Positions 12,403 through 22,371 of a stretch of 64,000 bases of DNA are shown here, piece by piece. The DNA lies in contig NW_003314269.1 of NCBI RefSeq assembly GCF_000143415.4, forward strand, positions 3,155,060 through 3,219,059, given 5' to 3'. Source of the stretch: Selaginella moellendorffii (Eukaryota; Plantae; Lycopodiophyta). The position numbers and the translations under genes are program-made. A model generated the notes under the pieces. The model was given only the letters and a program-made list of their open reading frames with translations. It was not told the DNA's origin and ran no database searches. How positions within the stretch are numbered: the first letter of the stretch is position 1; each line of letters opens with the position of its first letter.

Positions 12403-12815
12403 GGCGTGGGGAGTCACGCCAGGCATCTTGTGTGATGCCTTCCGTAGATGCATATACGGAGGTTGGGTTCGAGTCCCGACCCTCTAGTGCTTGGGTTCGA
12501 GTCCCAAATCACTAGGGCGTGGTGATGGTTTGGAATATGAGGACACTCATATTTCGGTGATCATGGACTCTCAGTGGGGAGACTGGTTTGGGCACACCTC
12601 AAAGTGAGGGATGCCTCGGAGTCGTGATGCACGGTTAGATTGCTTAGAGTGAAAGCTCGGCATATCTAACTTAAACGCTTTGGTGCAAGTGGCACCAAGG
12701 TCGTGGTGAGTGAGATGGGGACACCTAATCTCAGTTGCTATGAACCCTTGGCCGTAAGGGCTAGCTTGGGTGCACCGCCAAGTGTGGGGGATGCCCCCGG
12801 GGTTATAGTCAACAA
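12403..12815 (+). ncRNA. Candidate structured cis-RNA element in the LARD with two TTCGAGT T-loop hairpins
   Basis: Back-to-back stems GGCGTG/CACGCC, AGGCATC/GATGCCT, TCCGTA/TACGGA, GGTTGGG/CCCGACC, CTAGTG..TTGGG/CCCAA..CACTAG; homolog at 19909-20115. Confidence 0.55.
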
Positions 12816-13815
12816 CTTGGAGGTCTAGAAGACCAAGTACCTCTTAGCAACTCTGTTAAGGTGCCAAGGTGAGATCACTAGGTGATCTTATGGCCAGATA
12901 AGGACAAGGTCCTTGGTTGGCTAAGGAATGAAGTTCCTGGTTCAAAATGTTGAAATTGAACTGTTTAAGGTGGTGTGGCTTGGTCGTGATGACCAAGTGG
13001 GAAGAGCACCTAAGGGAAATAAACTATGTCCGTGCGATGGTATAGTGAGTCCGAGGAAAGTAGTCTTTATAAAAGACCCATGGGAGGGTCACGAAGTTGG
13101 GCCGTGGATAGAGCCCATAGCAGAAGATGCTAAAGAGACGTACTAGGGGTGAATATCCTCCGGACTTGGCAAAGAAGAGTCTTTGCTATGGAACCGAAAG
13201 GATACCTCAAAAATGGAGGTAGCGATCCTATGTTGCTGGGTGCAACAATCAAGGATAGGAGCAAAGGACTAGTGGCCAAGTTTGGGCCATGGAATTTACT
13301 GGAAGGGATCCAAATGGCAAAGTTAGCCAAGGAACACTAATGTGTTCGGTGCTAACAGCTTGTGGGAAAGGAAGTGGACTTCCAAGGATGGATTCCTAAG
13401 TGCTCCAATTTGGCAAAGTAAAAGCTCCAAGTGAGGGAGCGGTAAGGTAGCCAAATGATAGGGCTATGGACAGCCCTAGCACAAAGTATGATAATTGGAA
13501 CTTAGTGCCCAACGTGGCACGAAATAGAAGAGAGGATGATGGTGCCTTCAAGTAATGAACTTCCTAGGATGGGGAAGTGGAGTTGCACAATCTGTGCAAT
13601 GCAAGGTGTTGGAGACACCTAGGAAATTGACTTCCAAAAGTCAAAAGAGTAAAAGTTCCAAGGTGCAAACGTTCAATAGATGGAAATTGAGACTACTTGA
13701 GAAGGAGTAATGGGATTGACTTAGAGAAGGGTCTCTAAGAGGTTTAGCGAGAACCACTACATGTGGTCCAATCAGTCTCTAAGTTGGGGAGACTACCCTC
13801 CTTAGGGGATAGGCA

Positions 13816-13945
13816 AGGCATGGTGAGCCTTTGGTGTCAAACCATTGAGGAAAATGCAAAAGGCATGGTGAGCCTTCAATGTCAAACCATTGACAAGTAT
13901 GGAGAAGGCATGGTGAGCCTTCAATGTCAAACCATTGACAAATAT
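13816..13945 (+). repeat. Three tandem 45-bp repeats upstream of the LARD polypurine tract
   Basis: AGGCATGGTGAGCCTT....TGTCAAACCATTGA units begin at 13816, 13861, 13906. Confidence 0.9.
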
Positions 13946-14049
13946 TGGCTAGGTGCCAAGGATGGAAATGGTAACACATGCGGGTGTTACTTTATAAAGT
14001 GGTTTACCGTTCGATGAGGACATCGAACTTCGTCTATGGGTGGTGGAGT

Positions 14050-14550
14050 TGTGAGACACAAAATCCCTAGGCCCCAAAGTGGAGCCGGAAAGGGTGCCAC
14101 GTGGTAGTGGCTGAAGCGAGAGCCAAACGAGCGTAACACGTTTGGACCAAAAGCTCCGACTTGAAAAGTCAAGAGCGGGAGTGGAACTCCCAACGAAGTG
14201 CTCGAGGAACGAGCACGAAGCGAGCAAAAAGCGAGGCTCCAAAAAGGGACCCAAAAGGACCAACACATGACACGTGGAAGTGTCCGAGATGGACTCGAGT
14301 TGGAGTCCGAAGTGGAGTCCGAGATGGACTCGAGTTGGAGTCCGAAGTGGAGTCCGAGATGGACCCGAGTTGGAGTCCGAAATGGAGTCCGAGATGGACC
14401 CGAGATGGAGTCCGAGATGGAGTCCGAGATGGACCCGAGATGGAGTCTGAGATGGACCCGAAATGGAGTCCGAGATGGACCCGAGATGGAGTCCGAGATG
14501 GAGTCCGAGATGGAGTCCGAGATGGAGTCCGAAGTCGAGACCAAGACCGG

Positions 14551-14582
<32 letters not shown>

Positions 14583-15686
14583 TCGGGACCGAGACCGAGA
14601 CCGAGGCCGAGGCCGAGTCCGAGTCCGAGTCCGAGTCCGAGTCCGAGTCCGAGTCCGAGTCCGAGTCCGAGTCCGAGTCCGGAGCCTGAGAGGGTGAAAG
14701 CCCAAAGCGTTCGTCTCCCAGACCCTGGGGGGTTTGGTGAGCTCCAAAAGTATAGTAGGGGGAGGACTGCAGTGGAGCCAGTTTGGCCAGGAAAGGCCAG
14801 TTTGGCCCAGGAAGGCCGGACCCAGTGTTGGGTGATGAGCTGCCCACTGGGAAGTCCAAGACTAGAGTGAACACGGACCGACAAGCGGGGTAGCTTGGTG
14901 AAGTGTTCAAGAGCCGGCTCTAGTTCCCCCGGGAGATCGACGGGCCGATGCTCCCAGTCCAAGTGTGGGTGGCACTACCTACTTGGATACCTGGTGTGGC
15001 TCAACGGAACCCGCTCTAAGCCCATGGCTAGAGCACCCAAGGGCAGAAGGCGAGGAGAGTACCCAGGTGGCTCGCGTAAGGCCACGGTGTTCCGAAATGT
15101 TGTCCCAAAGGCCCAGACTGTGGAAAGGAAGAGGAGCAGTCCTCTGGGGTAGTGACCAAGGACACAGTCGGGTGGTGAGGAAGTCCCAAAGGACTGTGGG
15201 ACTTAGTGGTCGGGCCTGTGGGTCTCGATCCAGTGGCAGTGTTGGCAAACACGGCCAGGGGCAGAAAGGGACTTAGTGGGGACTGACAGAGGGATATTGG
15301 GGAAGGCTATTCCCCTTGTCGGTGGGCATCCTAAGGATGCTAAGGAGTGGATCCGAGATGACCACTCACGGATGGTTTGCCTAGTCTTGGAGAGCCAAGA
15401 CTGTGATGCAAGTGGTATTGGACTACCAGTGTTGCAAAAAGGTGATTGGGCATGGCCTTAGCGTAACGGGCTGCTATGTCGGTGGTACCTTTGAGTGTCG
15501 GTCATGGGATCGGACACGTGGAGCACTTGGACCAAGTGCAAATGTTGAGTGGCATGGATGCCATTCTCGGGGCTAGCAAGTCCCAAGTCCTGGATTGGAC
15601 TTATGGAGGTTGTGAATGAGACTCCTCCAAGTGGTCAGAGGTGTGGTTAAGTGACTAAAGTAGAATGGAAAATTTAGTCTCTTACA
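14050..15686 (+). repeat. LARD 3' LTR (1637 bp)
   Basis: 36 bp shorter than the 5' LTR within the hexamer array; about 4 substitutions seen by eye. Confidence 0.95.
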
Positions 15687-17012
15687 CAAGGCCCATAGGC
15701 CCGACCATTAAGTCCCACGGTCCTCTGAGACTTCCTCACTGCACGACTGTATCCTTGGTCACTACACCAGAGGACTACTCCTTTCCACAGTCTGGGCCTT
15801 TGGGACAACATTTCGGAACACCGTGGCCTTACGTAAGCCTCATGGGTACTCTCCCCACCTTCCGCCTTTGGGTGCTCTAGCCATGGGCTTAGAGCGAGGT
15901 TTCGTTGAACCATGTCTGGTATCCAAGTAGGTAGTGCCACCCACACTTGGACTAGGAGCATCGGCCAGTCGATCTCCCAGGGGAACTAGAGCCGGCTCTT
16001 GAACACTTCACCAAGCTATCCCGCTTGTCAGTCCGTATTCACTCTAGTCTTGGACTTCCCAATGGGCAGCTCATCACCCAACATTGGGTCCAGCCTTCCT
16101 GGGCCAAACTAGCCTTTCCTGGCCAAACTGGCTCCACTGCAGTCCTCCCCTTACTATACTTTTGGAGCTCACCAAACCCCCCAGGGTCTGGGAGACGAAC
16201 GCTTTGGGCTTTCACCCTCTCAGACTCGAACTCGGACTCGGACTCAGACTTGGACTCGGACTCGATCTCGGTCTCGGTCCCGATATCGGTCTCGGTCTCG
16301 GTCTCGGTCTCAATCCCGGTCTTGGTCCCGGTCTTGGTCTCGACCTCGGACTCCATCTCAGGTCCTTCTCGGACTCCATCTCGGATTCCATCTTGGGTCC
16401 ATCTCAGACTCCATCTTGGACTTCGTCTCGGACTCCGTCTCGGTCCATCTTGGACTCCATCTCGGGTCCATCTCGGACTCCATCTCGGACTCCATTTCGG
16501 GTCCGTCTCAGACTCAATCTCGGATCCATCTCGGGTCCACCTCAGACTTCACCTCGGACTCCATCTCGGACTCCATCTCGGATCCATCTCGGGTCCACCT
16601 CGGACTCCATCTCGGGTCCGTCTCGGACTCGATCTCGGGTCCTTCTCAGACTCCACTTCGGACTCCACTTCAGACTCCAACTCGGGCCCATCTCGGGCTC
16701 CACTTCGGACTCCACTTCGGACTCCAACTCGGGTCCATCTCGGGCTCCACTTTGGACTCCAACTCGGGTCCATCTCGGACACTTCCACATGTCATGTGTT
16801 GGTCCTTTTTGGGCCCTTTTTAGAGCCTCGCTTATTGCTCGTTTCGTGCTCGTTCCTCGAGCACTTCATTGGGAGTTCCACTCCCACTCTCGACCTTTTC
16901 AAGTCGGAGCTTTTAGTCCAAACATGTTACGCTCGTTTGGCTTTCGCTTCAGCCACTACCACGTGGCACCCTTTCGGCTCCACTTTGGGGCCTAGGGATT
17001 TTATGTCTCACA

Positions 17013-17404
17013 TGGAACTTAGGAAGGTAGCTTTAGAAAAGTGTCATGATGGACCTCTTGTGGGATATGGCGTAATGCCTAAAATGATGGGCTTACTTAA
17101 GAGGAAGTATTATTGGCCAAACATGGTTAAGGATGTCTAAGATTATGTAAAGACATGTTCAATATGTCAGCAGATTAAAGTCGTGACTAAAGCTAGTGAA
17201 GGCTTGTTATAAAGCATCCCAATTCCTGATTGTCCATGGAAATGTTTTACAATAGACTTCATCATGGGACTTCCCCCAAATAAGGGGTTTTATGTAATGT
17301 TTGTGGTGGTGGATCGGTTTTTTAAAATGGCATATTCCATACCCATCATAATAGAAGTGGATGCAGAAGGTATGGCAAAGCTGTTATTCGAATAAATGGT
17401 AGTT
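17013..17404 (+). pseudogene. Family A integrase N-terminal zinc-finger and core fragment
   Basis: CHDG..KRKYYWPNMVKDV*DYVKTCSICQ, PIPDCPWKCFTIDFIMGLP, FVVVDRF. Confidence 0.88.
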
Positions 17405-19259
17405 CATGTGTCCAATCCCATGACCGACACCTAAAGGTACCATTGACATATCAACCCATTACGCTAAAGCTATTTTCATTCACCCTTGTCACATCGGTAG
17501 TCCAAAACCACTGTAAGAAACTAAAGGGAATAATTCGAGAGATGATCCATAAGTGTTCAAATATAGAAGGAAAGGGCCCATGAACAAAAGTGCACCCCCA
17601 TTTTGAATCAATTAAGGGTCTTGGGATACTTAGGGTCAAGCGTCCTTGGGTTTAAATAGTACTGGGTTGGGTGACCTCCCAAAAAATCCAAATTTAAGGA
17701 GCTTACATTTAGTATTGGAGTAGTCTCGGGTGTAACTCTATTAGTTGGCTAGAGGAATCGCATCACATGTTAATTGACATTTGGTAGATCTAATTTGCTC
17801 CCACTGGGCTTGACCCGAGGGATAGGGTGTTAAGAGAGCGAATCTCTCGAGCTGTGACTTTTAGCTTCCATTCACGAGAGCGTGAACTTGCAGGGAAGCG
17901 GGGTGGATTATAAGCAACCAAAGGGAATGATTCGAAAGATGATCCATCAGGGTTCAAATATAAAGGGAAAGGGCCCATGAACGTGCACCCCCTTTTTTTA
18001 ATCGGTTAAAGGTTTTGGGATACTTAAGGTTAAGTTTCTTTGGGTTTAAATAGCATTAGGTTGAGTGACCTCCCAAGAAGTCCAAATTTAAGGAGCTTAC
18101 AACATTACAATCTTTGTCTCTTAAAGACTGGGCCATCCACCCATGAGTGATCATCCCTTGACCACACCATAATACCCCTAGAATGTCCGAAGACATGGGG
18201 AATACCCTTCCCTAATGTCCTTCCTCTTATCCCCACCAAGTCCCTCTTCATCCATAGTTATACTCACCAACACTACCATTAAATCAAGGCCCAAAAGCCC
18301 GACCACTAAGTCCCATTGTCCTCAGGGACTTCCTCACCTTGTGATCGTATCTTTGATCACTACACTAGAGGACTATTCCTCTTCCTTTCCACAATCTGGG
18401 ACTTTGGAATAACATTTCAAAAATTGTGGCCCTACATGAGCCTCATGGGTACTTTCCCCACCTTTTGCCTTTAGGTGCCCTAACCATGTGGCTAAAGCAA
18501 TGTTTTGATGAGCCACGCCAGGTATCCAAGTAGATAGGACCACCCACACTTGGATTGGGAGCATCAACCATTCGATCTCCTAGGGGAGCTGGAGTCAATT
18601 TTTGAACACTTCACCAAGCTACCCCGCTTGTCTATCTGTATTCACTATAATCTTGGACTCCTTTGTGGTTTTATTATCACCCACCACATGAGTATATTCT
18701 TCCTTGATCACATTGGTCTTTCTTGGTTAAACTGGCTCCACTAGAGTCCTCCCCCTACTATACTTTTGGAGATGAACGCTTTGGGCTTTCAGCCTCAGAC
18801 TTGGACTCAGATTCGGACTTGGACTTGAACTCGGTCTTAGACTTGGTCTTGGACTCGGTCTTGGTCTCAATCTCAGTCTTGGTGTTGGCCTTGGTCTTGG
18901 TCTCAATCTCAGTCTTAACCTTGGACTCCATCTTGGGGCCATCTCAGACTCCATCTTGGATCCATCTCGGACTCCATCTCAGACTCCATCTTGGGTCTAT
19001 CTTAGACTCCATCTTGGGTCCATCTTGGACTCCTTATCAGGTCTATGTTGGTCCTTTTATATTTTTTTTTTAGAGACTCATTAATTGCTTGCTTTGTCCT
19101 CATTCCTTGAGCACTTTGTTGGGCTTCCACTCCCACTCTCAATTATTTAAGTTGGAGCTTTTAGTTCAAATGTGTTACCCTTGTTTAGCTTCCATTTTAA
19201 CCACTACCATGTGGCACCCTTTTGGCTACACTTTGGGGCTTAGGGATTTGTGTTTTACA
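17405..19259 (-). mobile_element. Older, diverged family B LTR (antisense, one end missing), interrupted by Cassandra
   Basis: Collinear with the reverse complement of the LARD LTR, with many transitions; ends ..GATTTGTGTTTTACA. Confidence 0.8.
17512..18101 (+). mobile_element. Cassandra TRIM (5S rRNA-derived domain in both LTRs)
   Basis: LTRs 17512-17707 and 17909-18101; GTCAAGCGTCCTTGGG..TAGTACTGGGTTGGGTGACCTCCC matches the plant 5S internal promoter; degenerate iMet PBS about 17710-17721; PPT AGGGAAGCGGGGTGGA; about 200-bp non-coding interior. Confidence 0.88.
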
Positions 19260-19774
19260 ATCAGAAACGCTGGGACGTAGAGTTCCAACCTGGGGAAAAG
19301 GTATGGCTAAACTAAGGTTACCAAGTGGGATTAGCCAAAAGTTGACTAAAAAGAAAATGTATGTATTCTTGGAAATAAACTAATTTTAAGTTCCTTAAGT
19401 AGGTTTGCAGGGTCTTATGAAATTAAGGCTTAAATTGGTAAAAGGGTTACTACCTTAGACTCCCTTGAAAGATGGGGCCTGTGTTCCACATGAATTTACT
19501 TAGGCCGTATTTTGAGGATTCGCTTTGTAAGGGCCAAATAAAACTTTTACCTAAGGTTATTCAAGGGGAAGAGGAATATAAAGTTGAAGCCATCCTCAAT
19601 ATAAACAAGAGCAAACAACAAATATGTGAGGTGAGGGAGTTTCATGTGAAGTGGAAAGGATTTCCACATTACGAAGCAACATGGGAATCAAAAGAGAATT
19701 TAGCAAATGTGCCAGATTTGGTGAAAGAATTATGGCAAGGTAAAACTCTATGTATTTATGTAAAGTTCAATTAA
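19260..19774 (+). pseudogene. Family A integrase C-terminus (GPY/F-like module) and chromodomain
   Basis: RFAGSYEI..PVFHMNLLRPY, then EEYKVEAIL..FHVKWKGFPHYEATWESKENL. Confidence 0.9.
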
Positions 19775-19908
19775 AGTATCCATTTGTGAAAATGAGCAAT
19801 GTCACATATTGGGACTTGAAGGCATGCCGAAAGTAAGCTAATTAGCATGGGTTAACTAAGTCAACCAAGCATAGTTAACTACGCCTAACTCTTTATGGGG
19901 ATGTCAAA

Positions 19909-20115
19909 TCCATATACATATTTTATGGAGGTTGGGTTCGAGTCCTAAATTTCTAGTAAAGTAAGGATGGGTTCAAGTCCCAGCCTTATACTAGGGTGTG
20001 ATGAGGTGAGGGGTATAGGGATATTTATATCCCGTTGTCATTGGCTTTTAGTTAAAGAAGTTGGCTTAGGCATACCGTTAAGTGGGGGAATGCCCTGGAG
20101 ACATGGTCAACAAAT
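19909..20115 (+). ncRNA. Homolog of the twin T-loop structured element, in the chromovirus 3' UTR
   Basis: TCCATA/TATGGA, GTTGGG-TTCGAGT-CCTAA, CTAGTA..TAAGG.TGGG-TTCAAGT-CCCA.CCTTA-TACTAG, GGGATAT/ATATCCC. Confidence 0.5.
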
Positions 20116-20169
20116 CATAGGATTAAAAAGAGATGTTCAATGTGGGCATCAAGCTTCTTTTATGGGTGG

Positions 20170-21208
20170 TAAAAAACCAACTCCTTGAGGTGTTGTAGGA
20201 TAAATGATCTCTAGAACCACAACTGGAATGATAAAGAGTTCATTGGATGAGATTGAGTCCGAGATCAAGTCCAACACCAAGTCTGAGGTTGAGTCTGAGA
20301 TCTAATACGAGATCGAGTTTAAGATCTAATCCAATATCAAGTCCGAGATCCAATCCAAGATTGAGTCCAAGATCGAGTCTAAGACTGAGTCTGAATACTA
20401 ATACAAGTCGTAGGGTGAAAGCCCAAAGTGTTCATCCCATGGGACAGAGGGGTGGCTACAAGGGGTTCCAAAAGTATAATAAAGATAGTGAGGTTTAGGA
20501 ACCAGTCTTGAAGGAACTCTCTAGTAGTACTTCTAAACTGACTTAAGGTTGAGATTGGGGGTGAGGGGCCTCAAGTGGGAGTGAGTATGGAGTTAAGTGG
20601 TGCTAGAAAAGCCATATGAAGAAGTGCTCAAGAGCAACTCCCACTCCCGAAAGAGAAACCAATTGTGGTGCTCCCAATTCATATAGTGTGGTGCCCCACT
20701 TGAGTACCATGTGGCTTATTGATCCTCACTCTTTCTTAGGGGCTTGGGCCTTTCCTTTGGGATGGAAGTGGGGGAGTAGGGATACTTATATTTAGGGATA
20801 CTTATATTGGGCTATTAGGTCATAATGTTTCCTCTTAGGGTCCCAAAGTAAGTGATGCATTTAAGACTTGGGATTTAGAGGGTCCCATGATCAAGTCTTG
20901 TGGTACCAAGAGATTTTAGGAACTTAGAAGTTTAGTGTGCTTAGCTGCTTGTGCTTGTAGGGAGTGTAGTAGAAACTTAAGTCCAGTCTAACCTGGGAAA
21001 GGGGATTGGGAGAAAATTTGGGAATCCATGAATGGATAGCTAACACCTCATTGTTGATGCAATGAGTAGTTAAAGTCAAGTAGGACTAAATAGAAGCTAG
21101 TACCATAAGTAGGAACTTTGGTAAAGGAATTTAACTAAAGCTAAAGTAGTGGTGGTCGAATGGACAAGGTAAGCTAGCAAATCAGAAAAGAAAAATTTGT
21201 AGTTTACA
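20170..21208 (+). repeat. Family A 3' LTR (first ~330 bp missing), followed by a PBS and a gag start to about 21360
   Basis: Collinear with 3330-4425; ends TTTACA; then TAGTATCAAAGC and ATGGTTAAAGCA matching 4429-4580. Confidence 0.85.
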
Positions 21209-22234
21209 ATTTAGTATCAAAGCTTTTTCATTAGTTCTAGTGAAGGATAGAGGCGAATTGTTGAGAGATGGTTAAAGCAAGGTGTAAGAGAACCAAGTTG
21301 GAGATGGAACCTCCTCTAAAGCTGGAGCTTTCAGTTGAACAAAAAGTTATAGATGAGGAATTAAAAGATTTAAAAACTAGGCCAAGTATACTCAACAAGA
21401 AATACATAGGAGTTCCTACTTTATATTCATCTGGCTAAGTCCAGATGCTAAGCTTAATTTTTTAACACTTAAACAAGAGGGGCTAAAAAAGGAACTAGCA
21501 ATACTAACTTCTTGCTATCATGGTAGTAAGGAAAGAATATTTAAATGAATTAGCCAAAAAGTAACTTTTAATACCCACAATCACATTTGCGATAATAAGC
21601 TCTAAATTAGGAATCCCCCGCATACACCCTTTCTTCCCTGGCAACACTCCATCTTTTTCTTTAGACTCTTTATTGGTTTCTTCTTCTAGGGTTGGCTTTC
21701 CCTTCTTCTTGGACTATAGTAAGTAGTTAATATCCTTGATCACAATAATTGCCTTGTTGGAAAAACAAATAACTCTAACTATCTATTTATAGAAACTTAT
21801 TTAAACCTTACCAACAAGTTTAGTTTGTTTGCTCATGAGGCTCTATGTCACTTGGAAATAAAGGTATATCAGCTTTTGTAAGTTGGGTGACATTTAAAGT
21901 AGCAAAAGTGGCTAACTCTATTAGTCATTTTCTTGTTTGTGATGGTCAGAAAGTGTATGAGTGGTAGCACATTTGCATTAAACAAACCATAATTCATTTA
22001 ATTTTAGTGCATTTCTCACAAAATGTGAATATTGTGAACTTTTCCTAAAGTTGTTTTTTTAGTGGTGGTCTAAATTAAAGTGTGCATCAATGAAGATGGC
22101 AATCTTTTCAAAAGGGGGGAGCATGTCATGAATGTGACAGTGGGTATCAAAATTTACCTGTTAATGATTCCTTTCAAATTTCCTTTGATAGTTCTTTTTA
22201 TTTAAGTGTAGTAAAGTTGTTCCTTGGCTATAAG

Positions 22235-22371
22235 CTCTTTCTATTCATTTAGATGCTAAAACTCAAGTTTTGCTCCACTGTTTGGTACACGTGTTCAAGG
22301 TTAGGTTCCACTTCATTTTTATCCTATAGTAAATCACCATAGGGTAAAGGGTAAAAACCATGTATGCTACA
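22235..22371 (-). repeat. Fragment of the family A LTR 5' end
   Basis: Reverse complement TGTAGCATACATGGTTTTTACC..CCTATGGTGATTTACTATAGGATA matches 2998-3050. Confidence 0.7.

Larger units (their letters stand above)
8226..15686 (+). mobile_element. Young non-autonomous LTR retrotransposon (LARD-type, family B)
   Basis: Perfect TSD CAAGG (8221-8225 / 15687-15691); LTRs 8226-9898 and 14050-15686; PBS TGGTATCGGAGC 9902-9913; purine-rich tract before 14050; 4.15-kb internal region without a long ORF or recognisable gag/pol. Confidence 0.93.
7765..17012 (-). mobile_element. Family B solo LTR in antisense orientation, split into 7765-8225 and 15692-17012 by the LARD
   Basis: Both pieces are the reverse complement of the LARD LTR; flanks GGGAA/TGGAA (5-bp TSD, 1 mismatch); removal rejoins host VSQGE-LRKVALEKCHDG. 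Confidence 0.88.
2998..21208 (+). mobile_element. Decayed Ty3/gypsy chromovirus (family A), host of several nested insertions
   Basis: TG..CA LTR, tRNA-iMet PBS, then gag-PR-RT-RNaseH-INT-chromodomain remnants in gypsy order, followed by a second homologous LTR. Confidence 0.85.

Noticed and set aside
12461-12515. tRNA gene or tRNA-derived SINE suggested by GGTTCGAGTCCC
   Set aside because: No cloverleaf, clear A-box, acceptor stem or poly-T/poly-A tail; kept only as part of the structured-element finding
13816-13945. CRISPR-like repeat array
   Set aside because: Eukaryotic context, three units, variable parts only about 12 nt and related to each other, no cas genes
17635-17689. 5S rRNA gene
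   Set aside because: Only a partial internal-promoter segment, duplicated within TRIM LTRs
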